From a virus: a stretch of DNA of 64,000 nucleotides. The stretch is from positions 64,001-128,000 of the IMG/VR virus record IMGVR_UViG_3300042898_006838. One strand, written 5' to 3'. The position numbers were made by a program, and so were the translations under genes. Below, piece by piece: positions 1-9,147 of the stretch. How positions within the stretch are numbered: position 1 is the first letter of the stretch; each line of letters starts with the position of its first letter. The notes below the pieces were generated by a model. It was not told where the DNA came from, made no database searches, and saw only the letters and a list, made by a program, of their open reading frames with translations.

Positions 1-11
1 TGGTTCAGGAC

Positions 12-3000
12 GTGGCCAAGAGACCACGTGAGATCGTGGTCTTCGTGCGCACCAGCGAGGCCGCCCGTATCGGTGACAAGATCGCCGGTCGCTACGGCAA
101 CAAGGGCATCATCGTGCACATCGTCGGCGACGCGGAGATGCCGCGTGACGCCAAGGGTCGGGTCCTGGACATGATGCTGAACCCAAACGGCGTCGTCAGC
201 CGCATGAACATGGGTCAGATCATGGAGACGACGGCGAGTCGTATCAGCGAGAAGACGGGGAAGACGTTCGTGACCCGGGGCTTCGGCGAGGACAGCGCCA
301 AGCGCATCGCCGCCGAACTCAAGGCCAACGGCCTCAAGGACCACGAGACCATCAGCGACCCCGTTGACGGCGCGGATATCCCCGGTGTGCTCGTCGGACG
401 ACAGTACATCTATAAGCTCGAACACCAGGCGACGAAGAAGGTCGGGGCCCGGGGCATGGGCGCCGAGTACCCCTACGGCTACGAGGGGCAGGCTCCACGC
501 GGAGCCCAGGGAGGACAGGCTATCGGCAGCATGGAGACCTACGCGCTCCTGGCCCATGGCGCGTTGTCCAATCTCCACGAGATGTACGGCGTGAAGAGCA
601 GCTACGACTACGAGACCTGGAGAGCGCTGGAAAGCGGGGCTCCGCTGCCGCCTTCTAAGCCCAGCCACGCCTCGCAGAAGTTCCTGGCCATGCTCAAGGG
701 TATGGGCGTCAACGTCGAGCAGCGCGGCAACGACATGGTGATGATGCCGTTCCTTGACCGGCACGTGAAAGAGATCAGCAACGGTGAAATCAGCAGCTTC
801 CAGGTCCTGCGAGGCAAGGACTTGCGCGAGGAAAAGAACGGCCTATTCGACACGAAGAAGACGGGTGGCGTGCAAGGCGAGCAGTGGACGCACATCAAGC
901 TTCCGGTGCCCATGCCGAACCCGACGTTCGCCAACGCCATCTTGAGCCTGCTGCACATGAGCCAGGAGGACTACGACGAGGTCCTGGCCGGCAAGAAGAA
1001 GATCGGCGGTCTCACGGGAGGCGAGGCCATCAAAGCCGAGTTGGCGAAGATCGACGTAGCCAAGCGCATCGCCGAAGTAGACCAGGAAATAAAGGGCAAG
1101 ACCGGTTCGTCACTGAACGCTCTGCACAAGGAGCTTCGGTTCCTGCGCGGGCTCAGGGAGACGGGGATCAAGCCCAGTGAGTACGTGATCTCGCTGCTCC
1201 CGGTCCTGCCGCCGAAGTTCCGTCCCGTGTACACGCTGCCCGACGGAAACCTTCGGATCAGCGACGTTAACTTCCACTACCAGAGCCTGCTGCAGCTCAA
1301 CGACCAGATGGGGAAGCTCAAAGGCCGCCAGTTCGATGACCAGCGCAAGGCCTTGGCATCCGAGATCTACAAGGCCGTCGGCGGCGTCACGGGCATGGGC
1401 GACGGTGTCGTCGAGCGGTCTCCGTCTCCCAAGGGCCTGGCGATGCAGATTGCCGGCGTCGGCAGTCCCAAGGGTGGATTCTTCCACTCCAGCCTGATGA
1501 AGAAGAGACAGGACGTGAGCGCCAGAAGCGTTATCGTCAGCAACCCGAGCCTGGGCCTGGACGAGGTCGGCGTTCCCGAGGCCGTGGCCTGGGACAGCTT
1601 CCGACCGTTCCTGATCAAGGAGCTGCGGAACATGGGTATGACCCCGCTTCAAGCCAAAGCAGCCGCCGACGCTCGTGGCGACGTGGCTAAGCGGGCCCTG
1701 GAAAACGTGATGAAGGATCGTCACGTCATTCTCAACCGCGCGCCGACCCTGCACAAGTTCAGCGTCATGGCCTTCAAGCCTCGACTGGTCCCTGGCTACG
1801 CGATTCAGATCCCGCCCCTGGTCGTCGGCGGCTTCAACGCCGACTTCGACGGCGACACCATGGCCATGCACGTGCCGGTCAGCGCCGAAGCCAACGCCGA
1901 GGCCGCGAAGATGTTGCCCAGTGCCAACCTCTACAAGCCCGGTAGCGGGAAGATGCAGCACAAGATCGAGCACGAGTACGTCCTGGGTCTGTTCAAGATC
2001 TCGCGTCCGGGAACCGTGTCGACGAAGAGGTACACGTCGACGGCCCAGGTGCTCAGCGACCTGCGCGCTAAGTCAGTGGCCCCTGATGCCGTAATCAGCG
2101 TCAGTGGCATCGGCAGCACCACACCCGGCCGCGTGCTCATCAACGACGTGTTCCCGGCTCGTCACCGAGACTACGGCCTGATCTTCAGCGACAAGGTCAT
2201 CCAGGCCAAGTTGACGGAGATCGACAAAGGCAGCGGTCGCGACGTTTTCGTGAAGTGCCTGCAGGCTCTGGCTGACATCGGCCGACGCTATGCCTACAGC
2301 ACGGGCAGCAGCTTCCTGCTCAGCGACTTGCAGACCATGGGCAAGGAGCGCAACGCCGCCTATCGCACGGCCGACGCCGCGGCCGACCGCGTTCGCAGTG
2401 GCCCGGGTAGCGACGATGACAAGAAGAAGAAGATCATCGACATCTACATGCGCGTTGGCGCCAAGCTGCAGTCGGAGATGAGGCTGGGCAACAACAGCAG
2501 CGGCCAGAGCAACAACATCAACGACATGATGACCGCCGGCGCGCGAGGCAACCCAGATCAGATCCGGCAGCTGGTTGGCAGCGTGGGTGTGATGCTCGAT
2601 CACAACAACAAGCCTATGCCAGAGCCAGTCCGCGGCACGTACACTGACGGCCTGACTACGAGCGAGTTCTTTGCCCACATGTACGGCAACCGTAAGGGCA
2701 TGATCGATAAGAGCCAGAGCGTGAAGGACCCAGGTGCGCTGACCAAGCAGGTCGTGGTCAGCGCCGCCGGCTACCGCGTCTCCAGCCTCGACTGTGGGAC
2801 GATGTCTGGCGTCTCTGAGTCCTGCGACGGGGTCAACGCCCTGGACCGCTGTTCGGCTGAGAACGTGCCTGGTCTGGTCAAGCGCAATGACTTCGTGACG
2901 TCCAAGGTCCTGGCCGCTTTCCGTGCCCGTGGCGTCAAGACCATCAAGATCAGGAGTCCGTTGACCTGCATAGCCGCCAGTGGCGTCTGTGTCCGATGTT

Positions 3001-3845
3001 ACGGTCTGGACGAAGAAGGTCAGGCGCCGGCTATCGGCGCCCACGTCGGAATCAAGGACACCCAGGGCCTCACAGAACCCAGCACGCAGTTGGCGATGAA
3101 GACATTTCACACTGGCGGTGTGGCCACGGGCAAGGCCAGTCTGACCACGGGCTTTGACCGCGTGAAGAAGCTGTTCACGATGCCGGATACCGTTCGCGAC
3201 AAGGCCACGATGGCCGAGGTCAGCGGGCGCGTGGAGTCCGTGGCCCCAAATCCGTTTGGCGGCACGATCGTGGTCGTAGCCGGAACCAAGCACCGCCTGG
3301 CCACGGGCCGCAAGGCCAGCGTCGTCGTCGGCGACCAGGTGACCAGGGGTCAGAAGATCAGCGACGGTGACATCCAGCCCCAGGACATGCTGCGTCTCAA
3401 CGGTTTGCGGGCAATGCAGCTTCAGCTCCGTGACGACATCGGCAGCGTCTACGCACAGGGCGGTGAGCGCCTGCACGCCAAGACCATCGAGGTGCCGGTG
3501 CGCATGCTCACGGAGAGCGTGAGAATCAACGACGCCGGAGACCACCCGAGCCTGGTGCCCGGCGACTACAGCACCTACGGCCGCGTCGACGACTGGAACC
3601 GTGGCCACCCTGGCAAGAAGCCTGTGAAGTACCTTCACATCCTGCCCGGCAGTGAGTACCTTCCGCATCGCAGCGACGACTGGGCCCAGCGCATGGCCCA
3701 CAACCGCGTCCAGCAGGTGCTGCAGGAAGCGCCGGCAATGGCAGCCAAGGCTCCGCTGTCCGGTGGCAGTCCCTTCGCCTCCCTGGCTTTCGGCAAACGG
3801 GTCGCGCAAGATCCATGGCGTTCAGGAGGATTGACCAGTGGCTGA
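12..3845 (+). CDS. Phage DNA-directed RNA polymerase, beta C-terminal part fused to beta-prime (5'-truncated by window edge)
   Basis: RpoB motifs GRYGNKG, LNPNGVVSRMNMGQ, YKLEH, GGQAIGSMETYAL, then RpoC motifs LPVLPPKFRP, LNRAPTLH, catalytic NADFDGD, GARG, RSPLTC..CVRCYG, EPSTQLAMKTFHTGG. No stop upstream in frame. Confidence 0.95.
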   Translation: MAKRPREIVVFVRTSEAARIGDKIAGRYGNKGIIVHIVGDAEMPRDAKGRVLDMMLNPNGVVSRMNMGQIMETTASRISEKTGKTFVTRGFGEDSAKRIAAELKANGLKDHETISDPVDGADIPGVLVGRQYIYKLEHQATKKVGARGMGAEYPYGYEGQAPRGAQGGQAIGSMETYALLAHGALSNLHEMYGVKSSYDYETWRALESGAPLPPSKPSHASQKFLAMLKGMGVNVEQRGNDMVMMPFLDRHVKEISNGEISSFQVLRGKDLREEKNGLFDTKKTGGVQGEQWTHIKLPVPMPNPTFANAILSLLHMSQEDYDEVLAGKKKIGGLTGGEAIKAELAKIDVAKRIAEVDQEIKGKTGSSLNALHKELRFLRGLRETGIKPSEYVISLLPVLPPKFRPVYTLPDGNLRISDVNFHYQSLLQLNDQMGKLKGRQFDDQRKALASEIYKAVGGVTGMGDGVVERSPSPKGLAMQIAGVGSPKGGFFHSSLMKKRQDVSARSVIVSNPSLGLDEVGVPEAVAWDSFRPFLIKELRNMGMTPLQAKAAADARGDVAKRALENVMKDRHVILNRAPTLHKFSVMAFKPRLVPGYAIQIPPLVVGGFNADFDGDTMAMHVPVSAEANAEAAKMLPSANLYKPGSGKMQHKIEHEYVLGLFKISRPGTVSTKRYTSTAQVLSDLRAKSVAPDAVISVSGIGSTTPGRVLINDVFPARHRDYGLIFSDKVIQAKLTEIDKGSGRDVFVKCLQALADIGRRYAYSTGSSFLLSDLQTMGKERNAAYRTADAAADRVRSGPGSDDDKKKKIIDIYMRVGAKLQSEMRLGNNSSGQSNNINDMMTAGARGNPDQIRQLVGSVGVMLDHNNKPMPEPVRGTYTDGLTTSEFFAHMYGNRKGMIDKSQSVKDPGALTKQVVVSAAGYRVSSLDCGTMSGVSESCDGVNALDRCSAENVPGLVKRNDFVTSKVLAAFRARGVKTIKIRSPLTCIAASGVCVRCYGLDEEGQAPAIGAHVGIKDTQGLTEPSTQLAMKTFHTGGVATGKASLTTGFDRVKKLFTMPDTVRDKATMAEVSGRVESVAPNPFGGTIVVVAGTKHRLATGRKASVVVGDQVTRGQKISDGDIQPQDMLRLNGLRAMQLQLRDDIGSVYAQGGERLHAKTIEVPVRMLTESVRINDAGDHPSLVPGDYSTYGRVDDWNRGHPGKKPVKYLHILPGSEYLPHRSDDWAQRMAHNRVQQVLQEAPAMAAKAPLSGGSPFASLAFGKRVAQDPWRSGGLTSG

Positions 3846-4233
3846 CTTCACACCAACTCGCATCAAAGACCAGGACATCAACGGCGTGTACACGCCAAGC
3901 GGGCCTGCGCAGACCATGCGGAAACGCATGCTAGGTGACGACGGGGCGTCGGTGACGGGGAAGAGCGAATGGGTGCGCATGACACCGAGCTCGAAGAGCT
4001 TCTTCCTCTACAACGTCAGCCGCACGGGCGCCGTCGGAGCCGCCGTCGTGCAGATCCACGGCGCCATGGAGCTCGCTGACGTTCCTGAGAATACGGCCTT
4101 CCAGCTCCTGGCCACTCTCAACGCCGCCGCCCCACACGCCAACGTCACCTCGCCATGGAGCTACATGCGCGCCGAGGTCACCGTCGCCGGCGCCTCGGCT
4201 GTGCAGGTGGGCATGGACACAGAGAACCCATGA
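3838..4233 (+). CDS. Hypothetical protein (beta-rich, possibly virion)
   Basis: AGGAGG SD, overlaps RNAP stop. Confidence 0.6.
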   Translation: MADFTPTRIKDQDINGVYTPSGPAQTMRKRMLGDDGASVTGKSEWVRMTPSSKSFFLYNVSRTGAVGAAVVQIHGAMELADVPENTAFQLLATLNAAAPHANVTSPWSYMRAEVTVAGASAVQVGMDTENP

Positions 4234-4715
4234 ACAACCATGGCGTCAGAGACGGCATGGTCAAGGTGGCCATGCGAGCCGACGTCGAGGAGCAGGTGCT
4301 CACGGCGCTGACCACTCTCTTGCCCCGCGGTGTCGACCCGGGTCACGACGACGAACTCGACGACCTGCTCCCGGACGTCGGAGATCTTGAGGCCCTGGTC
4401 ATGGCCGTGGAGGAGAGTTTCGACGTCGACTTCACCGACGCCGAGGCCTTTGATCTCTTCGCCTTCGGCACCGTCGGTGACCTGATCGAGGCCGTGACCA
4501 AGCACCTGATGTCGAAGACCGCCGGCTATGACCGCGCCTACTACATCCAGAACCGTGAGCGTCTGAAGACCAAGAGCCGCACGTACCGCATGCGCAATCT
4601 CCACAGCGTCAGACGCAAGGCAAAGGCCTATCGACGCAAGGTCAAACGGCGTATGATCAGGCCGCGGAAACGCGTGGGCAGCGCCGGAAGCGGATATCAC
4701 TTTATCGCGAGGTAG
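4230..4715 (+). CDS. Acyl-carrier-protein-like domain (no phosphopantetheine Ser) plus highly basic C-terminal tail
   Basis: DLEALVMAVEESFDVDFTDAEA..TVGDLIEAV resembles ACP helices II-IV; DSL is replaced by DVG; start re-assigned to ATG overlapping the upstream stop. Confidence 0.6.
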   Translation: MNNHGVRDGMVKVAMRADVEEQVLTALTTLLPRGVDPGHDDELDDLLPDVGDLEALVMAVEESFDVDFTDAEAFDLFAFGTVGDLIEAVTKHLMSKTAGYDRAYYIQNRERLKTKSRTYRMRNLHSVRRKAKAYRRKVKRRMIRPRKRVGSAGSGYHFIAR

Positions 4716-4718
4716 AAC

Positions 4719-5123
4719 GTGGACAAGTTGGCATTCGAAATCGGCGTCGCTGACGGCATCGAGAAGACGGCGATCTCAAATGACGTGGCCATGAGGGCCT
4801 TGGCTCGTCGTATTGATCAAGCTCGTCTTGCCGGAGGCAACGCTGATTTCATGACAAAAGGCCGAAAAGCGGTGCGGATGATAAATCGGACCCGCTCCTG
4901 GAAGGAAGGCAAGAACCAACGCGTGTATCTGCACAAGCGTACCGGAGCCGGCATGGAACAGCTCATGCGTCGCGCTCAGGAAGTCAAGAAGTCGCCTGTC
5001 GCCGACAAGGTCGTTGGCAGCAGCAAGAAGAAGAACATCGCCATGGGCCTGGGAGCCGCAGCCGGCGTCGGGGCCATGGGAGCCGGGGCCTACGGCCTCA
5101 ACCGCGCGCTGAAGGACGACTGA
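4719..5123 (+). CDS. Putative virion internal protein (KxA motif, C-terminal Gly/Ala zipper)
   Basis: MDKLAFEIG..IEKTA N-terminus shared with 21769 ORF; GLGAAAGVGAMGAG tail. Confidence 0.55.
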   Translation: MDKLAFEIGVADGIEKTAISNDVAMRALARRIDQARLAGGNADFMTKGRKAVRMINRTRSWKEGKNQRVYLHKRTGAGMEQLMRRAQEVKKSPVADKVVGSSKKKNIAMGLGAAAGVGAMGAGAYGLNRALKDD

Positions 5124-5193
5124 CATAAACAAGGCATCATTCGACCGAGATGAGACGAATAGCCGTGGACGCCGCCTGACCAGCTCCAAAGCA

Positions 5194-6852
5194 ATGTGGA
5201 CCGACGAGGACGGGCGTGTGCACACCACGCCCAGCAACCTCGTGGCCAATCGCGTGAACATCAAGCCCGGCGTGCCATACAGCTTCGCCGACCGCCCGTT
5301 CATGACCCAGGTCTTCGACGACCCGTTCCCAGCCATCGGCTTGATGACGGCTCGGCAGATCAGCAAGTCCACGTTCCTGGCCGCTGATGCACTGGCAAGC
5401 TGTGAGGCCCTGTCGCCGTACACGGTCATGGTCCTGACTCCGAGCCAGGATCAGACGCGGAAGTTCAGCTACGACCGCCTGGGGCCCACGATTGCCAGTT
5501 CCCCGGCCGTGCGCTCGATGATGAGTGCCGAGAGCCTGGACAACGTCTTCGAGAAGAGCTTTGTCAACGGCAGCAAGATCTACCTCAGCTACGCCAAGGA
5601 GAACGCCGACCGCGTCCGCGGTATCAGCGCCGACCAGATCGACTACGACGAGATTCAGGACATGCACCTGAAGGCCGTCGAGGCCGTGACCAGGGAGTCT
5701 TTGTTCACCAGCCGCTACAAGCGCCGGCGCTACGGCGGCACGCCCAAGAGCTTCAGCAACGGCATCGAGCAGCGGGTCTGGAGGCAGAGCGACAGGCGCG
5801 AGTGGATGGTGCGCTGCCGTCACCACGCACCCATCTACCACCAGAAGCTGACGAAGAGGAACGTGGGCGTCAGCGGCCCGATCTGTGACCGCTGCGGCAA
5901 GAGCCTGTTCACGCTCGACGGCCTCTGGGTCTCGACGTCGTCGCTGACGCCAGACGGCAAGGTGCCGAGGATCCACGGCTACCACATCCCGCAGATCATC
6001 TTCCCGACCACTGACGTCGAGGTTGCCCCCGGCATCCGCGGATTCCTGGACTGGGGCTCGTTCAAGGACGAGATCGAGGACCCGAACACCGATGAGGCGA
6101 CAAAGCTCAACGAAAAGTGGGGTGAAAGCGCGGACAGCGAAGAGCGACCGGTGAAGGAGGACGAGCTCCGCGGCGCCTGCGTCGACGAGAGATCCATGCC
6201 ACAGGTCTGGCAGGAGTGGATGAAGGGCGAGTACTTGTTCGCGGGCCTGGACTGGGGAACGGGTCTGCAGTCGGCTACGGTCCTGACTATCGGCCAATTC
6301 GACCCCCGGGACCCGAAGATATTCCGCTACGTCTACGCCAAGCGCTACTTCGGGCGCGACGCCGACCCCAAGATCTGCGTTCCCGACATCCTGCGCAAGC
6401 TCCAGGACTTCCGAGTCTTCCGGGCCCACGCCGACTTCGGCAGCGGCCTGGGTCTGAACAGCCAGATCGAGGAGGCACGTGGCGAAGAGTTCCTGACCAC
6501 GAACTACTGGAGCAGCAGCATCGGCGGCAAGCGAGTGATCTACGACCCGGATCTCAGGCGCTACGTCCTGAACCGGAGCCTGCACATCACCCGCTTCTTC
6601 CAGGGACTGAAGAAGCGGAGCCTGCGCGTGGCCTTTGGCTGGCCAGACTTCCGCGTCTTCGCCGAGGACATCCTCCACGTCTTCCGCGAGGAGCGGAAGA
6701 ACGGCGACCCCTACTACGACCACAAGCCCGAGGAGCCGGACGACGCCATGCACGCCATGATCTACACCTGGCTCATCGCCAGCTTCCACCGCTACCGCAA
6801 CGAGGGCGTGGAGGTGGCGCGGACCACGCACGACCCGCAGTCCGGAGGCTAA
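5194..6852 (+). CDS. Terminase large subunit (GpA-like)
   Basis: Walker A-like ARQISKST, RGISADQIDYDE Walker B, GTPK coupling motif, CxxC, nuclease GLDWG and PDDAMHA. Confidence 0.88.
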   Translation: MWTDEDGRVHTTPSNLVANRVNIKPGVPYSFADRPFMTQVFDDPFPAIGLMTARQISKSTFLAADALASCEALSPYTVMVLTPSQDQTRKFSYDRLGPTIASSPAVRSMMSAESLDNVFEKSFVNGSKIYLSYAKENADRVRGISADQIDYDEIQDMHLKAVEAVTRESLFTSRYKRRRYGGTPKSFSNGIEQRVWRQSDRREWMVRCRHHAPIYHQKLTKRNVGVSGPICDRCGKSLFTLDGLWVSTSSLTPDGKVPRIHGYHIPQIIFPTTDVEVAPGIRGFLDWGSFKDEIEDPNTDEATKLNEKWGESADSEERPVKEDELRGACVDERSMPQVWQEWMKGEYLFAGLDWGTGLQSATVLTIGQFDPRDPKIFRYVYAKRYFGRDADPKICVPDILRKLQDFRVFRAHADFGSGLGLNSQIEEARGEEFLTTNYWSSSIGGKRVIYDPDLRRYVLNRSLHITRFFQGLKKRSLRVAFGWPDFRVFAEDILHVFREERKNGDPYYDHKPEEPDDAMHAMIYTWLIASFHRYRNEGVEVARTTHDPQSGG

Positions 6853-6885
6853 AAAAAACTCGACCCCTTTCGGGGCCGAGCTTTC
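6851..6885. terminator. Bidirectional intrinsic terminator
   Basis: A8-CTCGACCCC-TTTC-GGGGCCGAG-CTTT between convergent genes. Confidence 0.7.
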
Positions 6886-6892
6886 TCGTCGT

Positions 6893-7201
6893 CTAGTTCA
6901 TGATCCAGCGCTGACCGTCAGCGCGGTTTTTTCCGCGTGAGAAAATGCCATCGACGTCGTCGATGCCCTGACCAGCTTCGTCGTCGATGAGGTCGAGGGA
7001 GAGGCGTTCAAGCGCCAGCTCTTCTGCACGGGTCCCGAAGAACCCTGCCCCTCTGGTTGCCCGGCAAGCCTTGCGTTTGCGGCCAGTGAGCCGGTCGACG
7101 TCTTCGTCGGCCAACTTCTCCGACCATGCGCACCTGCTGCAGAGGGCTCCCTTTTTGGGCGCCGATATGAGGCTGGTACAGCCTCTGCAGTTCACAGTCA
7201 T
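6893..7201 (-). CDS. Small Cys-rich hypothetical protein
   Basis: CxxC..CxxC N-terminus. Confidence 0.5.
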   Translation of the reverse strand: MTVNCRGCTSLISAPKKGALCSRCAWSEKLADEDVDRLTGRKRKACRATRGAGFFGTRAEELALERLSLDLIDDEAGQGIDDVDGIFSRGKNRADGQRWIMN

Positions 7202-7287
7202 GTCGCCTGTCTTGTCTCCGCTGACTTCAACTTGCTGACCACTTCCGTTTGCGGATTACCGGGTGTGGACGACGTCGACGAGATCAT
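7198..7287 (-). CDS. Small 29-aa ORF (not in ORF track)
   Basis: MISSTSSTPGNPQTEVVSKLKSAETRQAT; purine-rich SD, 18 nt downstream of GGGCATAAC; stop overlaps the next ATG (ATGA). Confidence 0.4.
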   Translation of the reverse strand: MISSTSSTPGNPQTEVVSKLKSAETRQAT

Positions 7288-7305
7288 TCTCTCTCCGTCA
7301 GTCCT

Positions 7306-7314
7306 GTTATGCCC
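7306..7314 (-). promoter_or_regulatory. GGGCATAAC recurrent phage promoter-like motif
   Basis: Same 9-mer at 27959, 43999, 53088, 57580, usually 17-20 nt upstream of an ATG. Confidence 0.6.
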
Positions 7315-8796
7315 TCAGCCGCCACCGTATTCCGGGACCGCGGACATGAACTGCTTGTTCAGATCGCTCTTCTCCCGACGACGCTCGTCGATCCATTGGT
7401 CAGGGCTCATCGGCGGCTTGGTCCTGAAGACCTTGTTGACCAGGGACTTGTTGTGAGCGGTCATGTAGCGCCGGACCTCTACGTTCCTCTCGTCCTCGGG
7501 AAGGTGGGCGTGACTGCGGAATCTGGCACTGCGGCCCACGGCCTGGTTGCCGCGTTCCGGGTTCCAGTGCTCTTCGGTCAGCTGCACCATCCGCACGCCC
7601 TTGAGATCCAGGCCCTCGCCGCCGGCGGGACTGAGGCCGAGAACACGCAGGCGTCCGGCGTTGAAGTCAGCCACCATCTGCCGGCGCTGAGCGTCGTTGA
7701 GGCTGCCGGTGAAGGCCGCGGACGGGATCTTTCGCCTGTTGAGCTCGTCGATCAGCGGCTGGACTCCGCTCTCGATGAAGTTGCTGTAGATCACGGTCTT
7801 GAAGGCCTTGTTGCCCGCAGACTGGCTGACGATGTCGTCGAGCATGGCCTTGAACTTCGGAGACTCCATGGCCTTGGTGGTGTAGAGGCTGGGGTTGTTG
7901 CTGATCTGGCGAGCCGCGGCCATGAAGCTGTTCATGTTCTTCAGGTCCTTCTTGCTCGGCGGCAGGTTGTTCTTGAGCTTGTAGGCCAGGACCGGATTCT
8001 TCGAGCTCAGAGCCTTCATCATCTGCTCTTGGCCCGGTGACATGGGCACGGTCACCACCGACTCACTGACCGTCGGAAGCTCTCGCTGGTAGGCCTCGTT
8101 TCCCGAGAAGCGGTGGACGACTGGCGACAGCTTGGCGCCAAGCCCGGCCTTGTTCTTCAGGCTCTCTTCGACTCCAGGCTTAACGCCACTGAGCCGTCCC
8201 CAGAGACTGACTGGTATCTGCTTCTCGTCGATGTGCTGGCGCTTGAAGTCCTCGATGCTCTCGAACACGGGCTTGCCGGCAGCCAGGTTCACCAGCGGCA
8301 CGATCTCCTCGGGCCGGTTGTTTATCATGCTGCCGGTGAGGCCGAGCATGAACTTCACCTTGCCGCGCACTTTGTCGAAGGCTTCGCGGGGCCCGGGGTT
8401 GCGTAGACGGTGGAACTCGTCGGCGATGATCGTCGTAGGCCGAGCCCGAGCAACCCAGCCCTCGGGATCGCGGCGAAACTCGTCGTAGCTGATGACCGTG
8501 TACGCGCCATGTCGCAGCGGGCTCACGTGATCTCGCAGCTGGCCCTGGAAGTTCTCACGCAATGCCGCCGGCGTCACGACCAGGACGTTGCCGCCCTTGG
8601 CCTCGGCGACGGCGATGGAGCCCAGGGTCTTGCCGCTACCCAGTCCCCAGTTCAGGACCATGCCCGATGACGTCGCCGAACGCGCCACGGCATCGGCCTG
8701 GTGCGGCTGCAGCTTGACGCTCGGGTTCAGGGCCGCGGTCTTGGTCAGCGCCGCCCGTGCTCGTGACGTGAACTCAGCAGCTGTCTTCGACGTCAT
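7315..8796 (-). CDS. SNF2-family helicase/ATPase with N-terminal KTAA motifs
   Basis: LQPHQ Q-motif, GLGSGKT, DEFH, LTGS, GGEGLDL, WNP..QAVGRSAR. Confidence 0.9.
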   Translation of the reverse strand: MTSKTAAEFTSRARAALTKTAALNPSVKLQPHQADAVARSATSSGMVLNWGLGSGKTLGSIAVAEAKGGNVLVVTPAALRENFQGQLRDHVSPLRHGAYTVISYDEFRRDPEGWVARARPTTIIADEFHRLRNPGPREAFDKVRGKVKFMLGLTGSMINNRPEEIVPLVNLAAGKPVFESIEDFKRQHIDEKQIPVSLWGRLSGVKPGVEESLKNKAGLGAKLSPVVHRFSGNEAYQRELPTVSESVVTVPMSPGQEQMMKALSSKNPVLAYKLKNNLPPSKKDLKNMNSFMAAARQISNNPSLYTTKAMESPKFKAMLDDIVSQSAGNKAFKTVIYSNFIESGVQPLIDELNRRKIPSAAFTGSLNDAQRRQMVADFNAGRLRVLGLSPAGGEGLDLKGVRMVQLTEEHWNPERGNQAVGRSARFRSHAHLPEDERNVEVRRYMTAHNKSLVNKVFRTKPPMSPDQWIDERRREKSDLNKQFMSAVPEYGGG

Positions 8797-8808
8797 GACC
8801 AGACTCCG

Positions 8809-9147
8809 TCATCCAAAGGCTTGTGCGACCGGGGCGACGGTCGACATGACCTTGCCTAGTCTCTGCTTCAACGGACTGCCGCTGGCTACCCCGCCCTTGG
8901 CCAGAGCTCTGCCACCAGTGCCCATGAGGCTTGATACGCCGCCGGCCACGGCTCCGGAGAAGCCTCCGACGCTGCCGCTTTGAGCCGCTGCCACCGCCGG
9001 CGCGATGTGACGGTTGATGAGCGGTTGAGCGCGCGTCAACACGTTCTTGGCCCCGGAGATCATGGGGGCGAATGACATCGCCTCCTTGTCCTCCATCGCC
9101 ACCTTCATCATCCCGGCCCGGGCCCCGGCTTCAAACGCGCTATTCAT
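8809..9147 (-). CDS. Putative virion protein (KVA motif, Gly-rich)
   Basis: MMKVAM; operon context. Confidence 0.5.
   Translation of the reverse strand: MNSAFEAGARAGMMKVAMEDKEAMSFAPMISGAKNVLTRAQPLINRHIAPAVAAAQSGSVGGFSGAVAGGVSSLMGTGGRALAKGGVASGSPLKQRLGKVMSTVAPVAQAFG

Noticed and set aside
12-3845. Host chromosomal rpoBC
   Set aside because: Flanked by terminase and virion genes rather than ribosomal protein genes; compact and missing conserved cellular domains.
1110-6831. Long antisense ORFs (e.g. 2073-3809, 5137-6831; likewise 23632-25233, 39458-41110, 45637-47640)
   Set aside because: Shadow ORFs caused by high GC3 codon bias opposite clearly identifiable genes.
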